The notes beneath the pieces were generated by a model. The model saw only the letters and a program-made list of their open reading frames with translations. It was not told where the DNA came from and did no database searches. A program made the translations under genes and the position numbers. A DNA stretch of 64,000 bases from assembly GCA_050697155.1 (NCBI GenBank), contig JBOGZD010000001.1:3670-67669 (forward strand), read 5' to 3'. Source of the stretch: Solirubrobacterales bacterium (GTDB lineage: Bacteria > Actinomycetota > Thermoleophilia > Solirubrobacterales > 70-9). This document shows positions 1-8,019 of the stretch, in pieces (the stretch's first letter is position 1; the number at the start of each line of letters is the position of its first letter).

Positions 1-139
1 AGAACAGCTGCTCGAGGAACTGGACCGGCATCTCGCGTCGTTCTGCGACCTGGGCGATCGGGACCGGGCGAGCCCCTGAGCGCGCGAGCTCGGCCATCGC
101 GACGACCGCGTAGCGGGACTTGGAGGTGACCGAGATCAC
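1..139 (-). CDS. Rrf2/IscR-family transcriptional regulator, 5' part only (gene runs off the left edge)
   Basis: Minus-strand translation from GTG (137-139) gives VISVTSKSRYAVVAMAELARSGARPVPIAQVAERREMPVQFLEQLF. This is a typical Rrf2 N-terminal winged helix. It is absent from the ORF track because the window edge truncates it. Confidence 0.55.
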   Translation of the reverse strand, partial: MISVTSKSRYAVVAMAELARSGARPVPIAQVAERREMPVQFLEQLF

Positions 140-304
140 TGCCCGAGGGTTGTAACGGAATCGGGGCGAAAAAATCTCGCTCCTAGCGCGGGCCGCAACC
201 CCGGCCCCGCGCGCCGCAGCTAGGATGGCCGCACCTGGTCATCGGGCCCGGTCGGGCCCACGGAGCGGCAGTCGGGGGCCAAGCCCCGACGTCGGGGCAC
301 TGGA

Positions 305-937
305 GTGGACGAGGAACGACGCTGCCTTGTGGTTGACGGACATCCCACCGTCCGGATGGGGGTCCGCGGACTGCTCGAAAGCCGCTATGAGGTCGAGGAG
401 GCCGAGGATGGGCACGGCGCGCTCGAGATGCTGACCTCGATCAGCGAGTTCGATGTCGCGATCGTCGACCTCGCCGGCGGCGCGGCGAACGGCGACGGCG
501 ACCGCGAAAGCCTCACCGGGATCCCGGCGATCCGCGCGCTGCGCAAGGCACGGCCCGGGCTCGGAATCGTCGCCCACGCGCCGCGCCCCGAGCGCCACAG
601 CGCGGCGCAGGCGATCGACGCCGGCGCGACCGCCTACGTCGCCAAGAGCTCGCCCGCCGACTCCCTCGCCCGGGCCGTCGACGCGGCGGCCGAGTCCGAG
701 ACCTTCGTCGACCCGGCCGCCCGCACGAATCCGTCGATTGGGCCCGGAATCACCCGGCGCCAGCGCGAGATCCTGCAGCTCTACGCCGACGGTAACTCGA
801 CCAGCGAGGCGGCGACCCGGCTGGGCGTCACCCTCGAGACGGTGCGCACCCACACCAAGGCGATCCTCGCCCGCCTCTCGGCGCGCGACCGCGCCCATGC
901 GGTGGCGATCGGCCTCCGCTCCGCCTTAATCGAGTAG
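305..937 (+). CDS. NarL/FixJ-type response regulator (REC + LuxR HTH)
   Basis: N-terminal receiver (LVVDGHPTVRMGVRGLL ... DVAIVDL) and C-terminal LuxR HTH (TRRQREILQLYADGNSTSEAATRLGVTLETVRTHTKAILARL). A 16-bp perfect palindrome at 283-298 lies just upstream. Confidence 0.85.
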   Translation: MDEERRCLVVDGHPTVRMGVRGLLESRYEVEEAEDGHGALEMLTSISEFDVAIVDLAGGAANGDGDRESLTGIPAIRALRKARPGLGIVAHAPRPERHSAAQAIDAGATAYVAKSSPADSLARAVDAAAESETFVDPAARTNPSIGPGITRRQREILQLYADGNSTSEAATRLGVTLETVRTHTKAILARLSARDRAHAVAIGLRSALIE

Positions 938-1074
938 TCAACCGAGCGCGCGGGCTGTGAAAAGCAAGCCTGCCTAGGACGCAGTCCGATCGGCGAAGCG
1001 AGCGTACTGATGACGTACGTGAGCGAGACGATCGGGCGAGGACAACGGCAGGCGCCGCTTTGCAGCAGCCCGTA

Positions 1075-2181
1075 CTACAGCCAGCCTCGGTCGCGGGCGA
1101 TGAGGACGGCCTGGGCGCGGTCGACGGCGCCGATCTTGCGGTAGACGTTGTGCAGGTGCGTGCGGACGGTGCTCACCGAGAGCGTGAGCTCGTGCGCGAT
1201 CTGCTTGTAGACCTTGCCCTCGGCGAGCCCGCGCAAGGCGTCGAGCTCGCGGACCGAGAGCGGGCACGGCTCGCTCGCGCGGCGGCGCTGGCCGCCGGCA
1301 TGCGGGAAGTCGAAGATCAGCGCGCACAGAGCCCGGTCGTCGATCCCGAGCGCCGCCGCCGGCGTCCGCATCGAGTCGGCGGGAACCGTGTCGCCCCCGG
1401 CGTGGTGGACGACCAAGTCGGCAAGCCGGATCGCGGCCGCGTGGCCGGTGGCGTCGACGGTGTGGTGGCGCTCGACCGCGGCCGCGATCGGATCGGGAAG
1501 CGACCAGCGCCGCAGCAGGACCGCACCGACCAGCGCGTGGTCGATGCCGAGCTCGCGGCGCTCGCGGCGAACCCGGTCGTCGGGGGAATGGTCGCGGTCG
1601 TCGAGGTACTCGTCGCCGTGCAGCTCGGCGAGGACCGGTCTCCCCACGTCGTGGAGCAGGGCGGCGACGGCGAGCTGATCTCGCTCCGGCAGCCGGGCGA
1701 GCTCGGCGATCCGCTCGGCGGCGGCCCGCACCGCGACCGCGTGGCGTCGGAAGCGCTCGTGACGCTCGGCCTGCAGCCCGGGGCGGTCGAAGAGGTCGTA
1801 GGTGTCGAGGCCGTCGACGAGCGCGCGAACGCCCTCGGCCCGCAGCCCCTCGACCGCGTCGCGAACCCCGGCGGCGCCCCCCGGCGGGCCGGCGCCGTTG
1901 TTGGCGGCCCGCATCACCGCGATCGCGAGCCCGGCGTCGGATTCGACCAGGTCGGCGAGGTCGTTCGCGGACGGGGGCCGGTGGTCGCAGGCGCCGAGCA
2001 GCCGCCGCCGGGCTTCGGCGAGCGCGGGCAGGCTCGACACCAGGTCGAACGCAGCCGCGAGCCGGCGTCCACCGGCCCCCGACTGACGCTGGCGGCGGCG
2101 CGACCCACGGGTGATCGCCGCCTGACTCATCTCAGCATCGTGCCTCTCATGCGTGCCGCCCACGGCCGCGCCGTGGCTCAT
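1075..2181 (-). CDS. HDOD-domain protein fused to C-terminal LuxR-type HTH
   Basis: HDOD-like blocks (LADLVESDAGLAIAVMRAANN, LLHDVGRPVLAEL, GIDHALVGAVLLRRWSLPDPIAAAVERHH), then LSVRELDALRGLAEGKVYKQIAHELTLSVSTVRTHLHNVYRKIG. Confidence 0.75.
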   Translation of the reverse strand: MSHGAAVGGTHERHDAEMSQAAITRGSRRRQRQSGAGGRRLAAAFDLVSSLPALAEARRRLLGACDHRPPSANDLADLVESDAGLAIAVMRAANNGAGPPGGAAGVRDAVEGLRAEGVRALVDGLDTYDLFDRPGLQAERHERFRRHAVAVRAAAERIAELARLPERDQLAVAALLHDVGRPVLAELHGDEYLDDRDHSPDDRVRRERRELGIDHALVGAVLLRRWSLPDPIAAAVERHHTVDATGHAAAIRLADLVVHHAGGDTVPADSMRTPAAALGIDDRALCALIFDFPHAGGQRRRASEPCPLSVRELDALRGLAEGKVYKQIAHELTLSVSTVRTHLHNVYRKIGAVDRAQAVLIARDRGWL

Positions 2182-2231
2182 CTCCTAGATCGGCAGCAGC
2201 GGACGCCCGGTTTAACCGTGGCCGCCTGCAA

Positions 2232-3620
2232 CTAGTGGCGGGCGCCCATGCGCGTGAGCGCCGCCTCCACCCGGGCGACGCTCTCGGTGCTTCCGAGCGC
2301 CGCCAGCGAGTCGAAGATCCCCGGCGAGACGCTCGTCCCGGTGATCGCCACCCGCAACGGCTGGTAGACGTCCCTGGGCCGCGCGCCGAGGCGCTCGACC
2401 ACCGCTCCGAGCTCGCGCTCCAGCGTCGCCGGGTCGAACGGCTCCGCTGCCCGGAGCGCCTCGAGCGCCGCCTCCAGCCGCGGCCCTGCCTCGGGGCCCA
2501 TCAGCTTCTCCCAGGCGCGCTCGTCCTCGACGGGAGGCTCGAAGAGGAACCGGATCAGGGGCCAGACCTCGGTCAGCGTCTGGGCCTTCTCCTGGGCGAT
2601 CGCGCATGCGGTGCGCAGCCGCTCGCCGTCGGCGGCGGCATCGGCGTGGCCCTCGCGCTCGAGCTCGCCCGCGACCGCCTCCGTGTAGGCGCCGAGGTCG
2701 AGCTCGCGCATGTAGCGGCCGTTGAGCCAGCGCAGCTTGCGCTCGTCGAAGATCGCGGAGGCCCGCCCCACCCGCTCGATCTGGAAGCGCTCGAGCAGCT
2801 CGTCCGTGGCGAGGATCGTGGTGTCGTCGGCGGTCCCCCAGCCGAGCAGGGCGAGGTAGTTGCGCAACGCCGCGGGCAGGTAGCCCCCGGCGCGCAGCTC
2901 CTGCACCGACGCCGCGCCGTGGCGCTTGGAGAGCTTCTTGCCGTCGGGGCCGTGCAGGAGCGGCAGGTGTGCATACCGGGGCGGATCGGACCCGAGCGCG
3001 GCGAGCACGAGCAGCTGCTTTGGGGTGTTCGAGAGGTGGTCGTCGCCGCGGATCACGTCGGTGATCCCCATCTCGGCGTCGTCTACGGCGACCGCGAGGT
3101 TGTAGAGCGGCGTCCCGTCCCCCCGGGCGATGACGAAGTCGTCCTGGAGCCGGTTCTCGAAGCTGACCGGCCCGCGGATCAGGTCCTCGACCACGGTTTC
3201 GCCCTCGTCGGGCACCCGCAGCCTCACCGCGGCGCCGGGGTCGTCTGCGGGCTCGCCCCGGTAGCCGCGGTTGCCGTTGCTCTGCTTCCACGACTTGACC
3301 TCGTCTGCGGTCGCCGGGTCGCGGTAGGCAGCGCCGGCGTCGAGCAGCGCCGAGATCCGCGCCTGGTGGCGCTCCCGCCGCTCGAACTGGCTCACCGGCT
3401 CCCCGTCCCAGTCGAGCTCCAGCCAGCGCAGGGCGTCGATGATCTGGGCGACGTTCTCGGGGGTCGAGCGCTCCCGGTCGGTGTCCTCGATCCGCAGCGC
3501 GAGATGGCCGCCCGCTCCCCGGGCGACGAGCCAGTTATAGAGTGCCGTCCGGGCTCCCCCGATGTGCAGGGCGCCGGTAGGCGAGGGAGCGAAGCGGACT
3601 CTAGGCGGCGACTCGTTCAA
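2232..3620 (-). CDS. gltX: Glutamyl-tRNA synthetase
   Basis: 462 aa. Carries the class I signature RFAPSPTGALHIGGARTALYNW and a KLSKRHG (KMSKS-type) loop. Start is TTG at 3618-3620. Confidence 0.95.
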   Translation of the reverse strand: MNESPPRVRFAPSPTGALHIGGARTALYNWLVARGAGGHLALRIEDTDRERSTPENVAQIIDALRWLELDWDGEPVSQFERRERHQARISALLDAGAAYRDPATADEVKSWKQSNGNRGYRGEPADDPGAAVRLRVPDEGETVVEDLIRGPVSFENRLQDDFVIARGDGTPLYNLAVAVDDAEMGITDVIRGDDHLSNTPKQLLVLAALGSDPPRYAHLPLLHGPDGKKLSKRHGAASVQELRAGGYLPAALRNYLALLGWGTADDTTILATDELLERFQIERVGRASAIFDERKLRWLNGRYMRELDLGAYTEAVAGELEREGHADAAADGERLRTACAIAQEKAQTLTEVWPLIRFLFEPPVEDERAWEKLMGPEAGPRLEAALEALRAAEPFDPATLERELGAVVERLGARPRDVYQPLRVAITGTSVSPGIFDSLAALGSTESVARVEAALTRMGARH

Positions 3621-4489
3621 TGCTGATCGGCGCGCATGTTTCCACAGCCGGCGGGCTCGCCAAGACGGTCGAGCGCGGGGTCGAGCGGGACTGCGACGCG
3701 ATCCAGATCTTCCACCAGAGCCCCCGCGCCTGGCGGCCGACGCGCTACGGCGAGGACGATTTCGCCGCCTTTCGCGATGCGTTCGCGGCCTCGCCGCTCG
3801 AGGCGGTGGTGATCCACGCCGTCTACCTGATCAACTGCGCGAGCAAGGAACGCGAGATCCGGCGCAAGTCGATCGCCTCGCTCACCCATGCGCTGCGGAT
3901 CGGCGACGCGATCGGCGCCGCCGGCGTCGTGCTGCACGCCGGAGCCCGCAAGGGCGAGCCCCACGGCGCGTCGATGAAGCGGGCGGCGAAGGCGATCTCC
4001 AAGGCGCTCACCGAGAGCGAGTCGTGCCCCGTGCTGCTCGAGAACACCGCCGGTACCCAGGGGCCGCTGGGCCGCAACTTCGACGAGCTCGCCGAGCTGA
4101 TCGAGCTCGCCGACGGCGATGGGCGGCTCGGCGCGTGCCTCGACTGCTGCCACCTGCTCGCCTCGGGGTTCGAGATCCGCACTCCGCAGGCGCTCGCGGC
4201 GGTGGTCGAGGAGTTCGACGCGAAGGTGGGGTGCGAGCGGCTGGTCTGCCTGCACGTCAACGACTCGAAGATCCCGCTGGGGGGCAACCGCGACCATCAC
4301 GCGAACCTGGGCGAGGGCGAGCTCGGCGACCGCGGCCTGGCCACGTTCCTCTCCGAGCCGCGCTTCGACGCGCTGCCGGCCCTGCTCGAGGTCCCGGGGC
4401 CCGACGGTCACGGGCCCGACCTCGAGCAGGTCGCGATCGCAAAACGCCTGCGCGAGCGCGGACTGCGGGCCCGCGCTCGCGCAGGGTGA
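3620..4489 (+). CDS. nfo: Endonuclease IV (deoxyribonuclease IV)
   Basis: MLIGAHVSTAGGL start, plus HAVYLINCAS, VVLHAG, LENTAG and CLDCCHL metal-site blocks. Confidence 0.9.
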   Translation: MLIGAHVSTAGGLAKTVERGVERDCDAIQIFHQSPRAWRPTRYGEDDFAAFRDAFAASPLEAVVIHAVYLINCASKEREIRRKSIASLTHALRIGDAIGAAGVVLHAGARKGEPHGASMKRAAKAISKALTESESCPVLLENTAGTQGPLGRNFDELAELIELADGDGRLGACLDCCHLLASGFEIRTPQALAAVVEEFDAKVGCERLVCLHVNDSKIPLGGNRDHHANLGEGELGDRGLATFLSEPRFDALPALLEVPGPDGHGPDLEQVAIAKRLRERGLRARARAG

Positions 4490-4507
4490 TGCGTCTGAGC
4501 GGTTGTT

Positions 4508-4852
4508 CTACTGCTGCGGCTCGCGCGAAACGGCGCGCTGCAGCGCAAGGCCGAGCCCGGCGACTGCGAGCGCGACCGCTGCCATCGCGATCACGTCAAA
4601 GCCGGTGAACGGGAGCGGCCCGACGTTGTCGTTGAGCGTGGCGGTCGGCTCCTCGCCGGGATCGGAGCTGGGGGCACCCGTGGGCGGCTCGCCCTTGGTG
4701 CCCTCGTTGATCACCTGCAAGGTCGAGCGGTACTCGTCGTCGGTCGGCGAGATCTCCTGCGCGCCGGCAAGCGCCGGAGCGAGCATCGATGCGCAAAGCG
4801 CGACCACGAGCGCCCCCGCAAGCTTGGTCTTCAGCACATTCATGGTTCGCAA
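4508..4852 (-). CDS. Small secreted LPFTG-anchored (sortase substrate) protein
   Basis: Signal peptide MNVLKTKLAGALVVALCASMLAPALAGA. C-terminal sorting signal is LPFTG + hydrophobic stretch + QRAVSR. GGAG at 4864-4867 favours the TTG start at 4852; ATG at 4843 is an alternative. The longer track ORF (to 4963) is unlikely. Confidence 0.7.
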   Translation of the reverse strand: MRTMNVLKTKLAGALVVALCASMLAPALAGAQEISPTDDEYRSTLQVINEGTKGEPPTGAPSSDPGEEPTATLNDNVGPLPFTGFDVIAMAAVALAVAGLGLALQRAVSREPQQ

Positions 4853-4911
4853 CGGGACCGATTCTCCTTTGAGATCGAGGTTGGACACACCGACGAGCGT
4901 AGGCCGCCCGG

Positions 4912-4985
4912 GTGAGACGAGCGTGAGCGATGGATGAGAAACGCTCTCACGAACCGATCTCATCGCGCTCTCATGGCCGTCTCAT
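4912..4985. promoter_or_regulatory. Phased hexamer array (3x RTGAGM, then 4x inverted TCTCAY) in a divergent intergenic region
   Basis: GTGAGA 4912, GTGAGC 4923, ATGAGA 4934 (11-nt spacing). Then TCTCAC 4945, TCTCAT 4958, 4969, 4980 (13/11/11-nt spacing). The set is symmetric about ~4942. Confidence 0.6.
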
Positions 4986-5007
4986 CCGCGTGCGGCAGGC
5001 TTAGCCG

Positions 5008-5406
5008 GTGACCGGCCAGCGCATGCTCCTCGCCGGTGCCCAGGCGCTGATCGTGGGCGCCCTGCTGGCGGTGATCTACTTCACCCTGCTCAAGCCGGAC
5101 GACGACGGCACCCTGTTCGGCGTCGATGCGCCCCAGGACCGCCCCCGGGTGGTGCAGAAGCCGCCGCAGGATGGTGAGCGCGACCGTGGCGACCGACGCG
5201 CCGAACGGGTGCGCGAGCCCGGCGCGGCCCCCGGCCCTCGCGGCCGGCTCGTCGGTTTCGGTCCCGCGCCGGGCGTGGCCCCCGGCCCCGGCCAGGGACC
5301 GCCGGGGGGCGACGGCGGGCCACCCGAGGAGGGCGACAGTCCCACCGACGACCAGTATCAGGGCACCCTCGCCCGTCTCGAGGCGATGCTCGACGCGGGC
5401 CCCTAG
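5008..5406 (+). CDS. Membrane-anchored Pro/Gly/Arg-rich protein with C-terminal PTDDQY motif
   Basis: N-terminal TM (LLAGAQALIVGALLAVIYFTLL), a low-complexity linker, and C-terminal SPTDDQYQGTLARLEAML. That motif is shared with the two LPFTG mini-proteins. Coding status of the low-complexity middle is uncertain. Confidence 0.5.
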   Translation: MTGQRMLLAGAQALIVGALLAVIYFTLLKPDDDGTLFGVDAPQDRPRVVQKPPQDGERDRGDRRAERVREPGAAPGPRGRLVGFGPAPGVAPGPGQGPPGGDGGPPEEGDSPTDDQYQGTLARLEAMLDAGP

Positions 5407-5484
5407 CCGGATCGAGCGACACGGTCACCGCGCCACCGGCAAGCCGGCCCGCGGCGAGCCGGCGCGGGTTACGCTGCGCAGGTT

Positions 5485-6921
5485 GTGCTGATCGAATCGC
5501 GCGAATCCGCGCCCGAGCATGCGGCCGAGGCCCCGCTCGCCCGCAAGTCGCTGCTCGCAGGGGTGCGCTCGCGCGTGCTCGTCTCCTTCCTCGCCCTGCT
5601 CGTGGTCTCGACCGCAGCCTCCGTGTTCGTGCTTCGGGAGGTGCTGATCTCGCGGATCGGCGAGGAGGTCGAGGAGGACCTGGCCGCAAGCGTGGAGCCC
5701 TTGCGGGCGCTCTCCGAACAGGCGGACGCGGGCGATTCCATCGGCGGCACGCGGGGACTCCTCGACGCATTCCTCGACCAGAACGCCGCTCCGGTCGACG
5801 GCGCGCTCGTCGCCTTCCTCGACGGCCGGCCGTACGGAGGAGTCTCCACCGCGCCGCCCGAGGCCAACCTGCCGCAGTCGATCGCTCCGCTGGGGACCGA
5901 GACGACGCCCCAGAGCGGCCCGCTCGACACATCGCTCGGCGAGGCCCGGTACGTCGCCGTCCCGATCGCGGGCGAGCCCCCTGCGGTCGTGGTGGCCGTC
6001 GCGCTCACCGACGACAAGCGCGATCAGGTCGAGTCCGCCGTACAGATCGCGGTCGGCGCATCGGCGGTCGTGCTGCTGCTCGCGTCACTGTTCATCTGGC
6101 TCGCCGCGGGGCGCGCGATCGCGCCGCTGAAGGCGCTGTCGCGAACCGCGCGCACGATCAGCGAGACCGACCTCTCGGGCCGAATCCCCGTGAGGGGCGG
6201 CGACGAGATCGCGGAGCTCGGGCGAACATTCAACGGCATGCTCGACCGGCTCGAGGTCGCGTTCGCCGGCCAGAAGGACTTCCTCACCGACGTCAGCCAC
6301 GAGCTGCGCACCCCGATCACGATCGTCCGCGGCCACCTCGAGACGCTCGGCGACTCGCCACGCGAGCGCGAGGAGGCGATCGCGGTGATCCAGGACGAGC
6401 TCGATCGGATGAGCCGCTACGTCGACGACCTGCTGCTGCTGACCAAGGCGCCGCGGCCCGACTTCCTCCGGGTGGGGCCGATCGACCTCGACCTCTTCAC
6501 CCACGATCTGTACGCGAAGACGCGCAGCCTCGGCGACCGCGAGTGGCGCCTCGACGGCACCGGCGTCGGGATCGTGGTCGCCGACCCCCACCGGCTCACC
6601 CAGGCGGTGATGAACCTGGCCGAGAACGCGCTCAAGCAGACCGGCGAAGGCGACCCGATCTGGCTCGGCAGCTCCCTGGTCGGCGACCGGGCGCGGCTCT
6701 GGGTCCGCGACGACGGCCCGGGGATCGATCCGCTCGACCAGCAGCGGATCTTCGAGCGCTTCGCCCGGGGCGGGGGGCCCGGCGCCGTCGACGGCGCCGG
6801 GCTCGGGCTCGCGATCGTGCGCGCGATCGCCGAAGCGCACGGGGGCAGGATCGAGCTCGAGAGCCGGCCGCAGAGCGGCGCCACGTTCACGATCGTGCTG
6901 CCGGTCTCGCCGGTGGAGTGA
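5485..6921 (+). CDS. Sensor histidine kinase (TM-sensor-TM-HAMP-HisKA-HATPase)
   Basis: H-box FLTDVSHELRTPITIVRGHLE, N/G boxes (AENALKQT, DDGPGI, GLGLAIVRAIAEAHGG), HAMP-like RTARTISETDLSGRIPVRGGDEIAELGRTFNGM. Confidence 0.9.
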   Translation: MLIESRESAPEHAAEAPLARKSLLAGVRSRVLVSFLALLVVSTAASVFVLREVLISRIGEEVEEDLAASVEPLRALSEQADAGDSIGGTRGLLDAFLDQNAAPVDGALVAFLDGRPYGGVSTAPPEANLPQSIAPLGTETTPQSGPLDTSLGEARYVAVPIAGEPPAVVVAVALTDDKRDQVESAVQIAVGASAVVLLLASLFIWLAAGRAIAPLKALSRTARTISETDLSGRIPVRGGDEIAELGRTFNGMLDRLEVAFAGQKDFLTDVSHELRTPITIVRGHLETLGDSPREREEAIAVIQDELDRMSRYVDDLLLLTKAPRPDFLRVGPIDLDLFTHDLYAKTRSLGDREWRLDGTGVGIVVADPHRLTQAVMNLAENALKQTGEGDPIWLGSSLVGDRARLWVRDDGPGIDPLDQQRIFERFARGGGPGAVDGAGLGLAIVRAIAEAHGGRIELESRPQSGATFTIVLPVSPVE

Positions 6922-6926
6922 GGGCG

Positions 6927-7595
6927 GTGAGCCGGATCCTGATCGCCGAGGACGAGGCGAGGCTGGCGTCGTTCCTGGAGAAGGGCCTGCGCGCGAGCGG
7001 GTTTGCGACGACCGTGGTCGGGGACGGCCAGCTTGCGAGCACGATGGCGCGCGATGACGACTTCGACCTGCTGGTGCTCGATCTCGGGTTGCCGGGCATG
7101 GACGGCCTCGACGTGCTGCGCGAGCTGCGACGTGGGGGCCAGCGGCTGCCGGTGATCGTGCTCACCGCACGCGGCGACCCGCTCGACCGGGTCACCGGAC
7201 TGGAGACCGGCGCCGACGACTACCTGGCAAAGCCGTTTCACTTCGAGGAGCTCGTCGCTCGGATCAAGGCGCGGTTGCGCGAGGGAGCCGCCTCCGCCTC
7301 CGCCGGGGACGCGCAGCTGCGGGTCGGCGACCTGGGCCTCGACCTGCGCACCCGCTGGGTCACGGTCGCCGGGCGCCGGGTGGAGCTGAGCACGCGCGAG
7401 TTCGAGCTCCTGCGCACCTTCCTCGAGCACCCCAACCAGGTGCTCAGCCGCGAGCAGCTGCTGGCGCTCGTCTGGGACTATGACTACGACCCCGGCTCAA
7501 ACGTGGTCGACGTCTACGTCGGTTACCTGCGGCGCAAGCTCGGCGGCGAGCGGTTCGAGACCGTGCGCGGCGTCGGCTACCGCTTCCGCGCCTGA
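6927..7595 (+). CDS. OmpR/PhoB-type response regulator
   Basis: GTG at 6927, 5 nt after the kinase stop. Receiver (RILIAEDEARL ... LLVLDLGLPGMDG ... ADDYLAKPF) and winged helix (LSTREFELLRTFLEHPNQVLSREQLL ... VRGVGYRF). The Arg-rich N-terminal extension in the track ORF (6543) is rejected. Confidence 0.9.
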   Translation: MSRILIAEDEARLASFLEKGLRASGFATTVVGDGQLASTMARDDDFDLLVLDLGLPGMDGLDVLRELRRGGQRLPVIVLTARGDPLDRVTGLETGADDYLAKPFHFEELVARIKARLREGAASASAGDAQLRVGDLGLDLRTRWVTVAGRRVELSTREFELLRTFLEHPNQVLSREQLLALVWDYDYDPGSNVVDVYVGYLRRKLGGERFETVRGVGYRFRA

Positions 7596-7603
7596 GCGGG
7601 AAC

Positions 7604-8008
7604 TCAGCTCAGGACGTTGCGCAGGTCGAAGGCGCGGATGCCCTCGGGCCCGACGTCGGTGCAGTCGAAGAAGCGTGGGTTGACGCACTCATAGGCGGGG
7701 CCGTCGCCCTCGTAGCAGGGCTCGACCCGAAACTGGCACTGCGGCAGTGGCTCGCCGGTCATCTTGATCCCGCCGAAGCCGCCGCTGTGCTCGGCGAGCT
7801 CGAACATGTCGAGGTCGATCTCGGCTCGAAACACCTTGCGCATGCAGCCGATGTAGCGGGCGCCCGAGAGCGCGTCCTCGTAGCTGTAGAGGAACCGGCA
7901 GCCCATCTCGATACAGCCGCGCGGCTCGATCAGCTTGTCGCAGAACGTGCGGCAGCGACGGCACTCGCCCGTGCGAATCCGGTCTCCTCCACGCTGCTTG
8001 AGCGCCAC
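7604..8008 (-). CDS. Cysteine-rich hypothetical protein
   Basis: 134 aa with 11 Cys (CRRCRTFCDKLIEPRGCIEMGC ... PQCQFRVEPCYEGDGPAYECVNPRFFDC). It begins 11 nt downstream of the dnaE stop on the same strand. No family recognised. Confidence 0.55.
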   Translation of the reverse strand: MALKQRGGDRIRTGECRRCRTFCDKLIEPRGCIEMGCRFLYSYEDALSGARYIGCMRKVFRAEIDLDMFELAEHSGGFGGIKMTGEPLPQCQFRVEPCYEGDGPAYECVNPRFFDCTDVGPEGIRAFDLRNVLS

Positions 8009-8019
8009 GAGACGGAAGT

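Noticed and set aside
283-298. 16-bp perfect palindrome GCCCCGACGTCGGGGC as a terminator
   Set aside because: There is no U-tract and it lies 7 nt before the response-regulator start. It is more likely an operator or chance GC-rich palindrome, so it is mentioned only in the feature evidence.
2235-3626. 463-aa ORF on the plus strand
   Set aside because: It is fully antisense to gltX. The translation is Arg/Pro/Gly/Ala-rich with no motifs, a typical shadow ORF of high-GC DNA. The same reasoning applies to 239..898(-), 1060..2235(+), 9259..11679(+), 12683..13882(-), 14974..15894(+), 33241..34680(-), 34773..36191(-), 37922..39301(+), 42681..44069(+), 45270..46835(+), 56536..58404(+), 57593..59455(-) and 62144..63298(+).
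4791-4800. GCGCAAAGCG, resembling the GEMM-I ACGCAAAGC word (also CACGCAAAGCG at 46127..46137)
   Set aside because: Both lie inside coding regions. Neither has a preceding GGCAAA element or a GNRA hairpin.
4912-4985. Possible CRISPR or tandem-repeat locus
   Set aside because: The repeats are only 6 nt long with 5-7 nt spacers and an inverted half. This fits a protein-binding operator, not a CRISPR array.
6543-6926. N-terminal extension of the OmpR-type regulator
   Set aside because: The Arg-rich translation overlaps the histidine kinase C-terminus. A GTG at 6927 gives a canonical receiver N-terminus.
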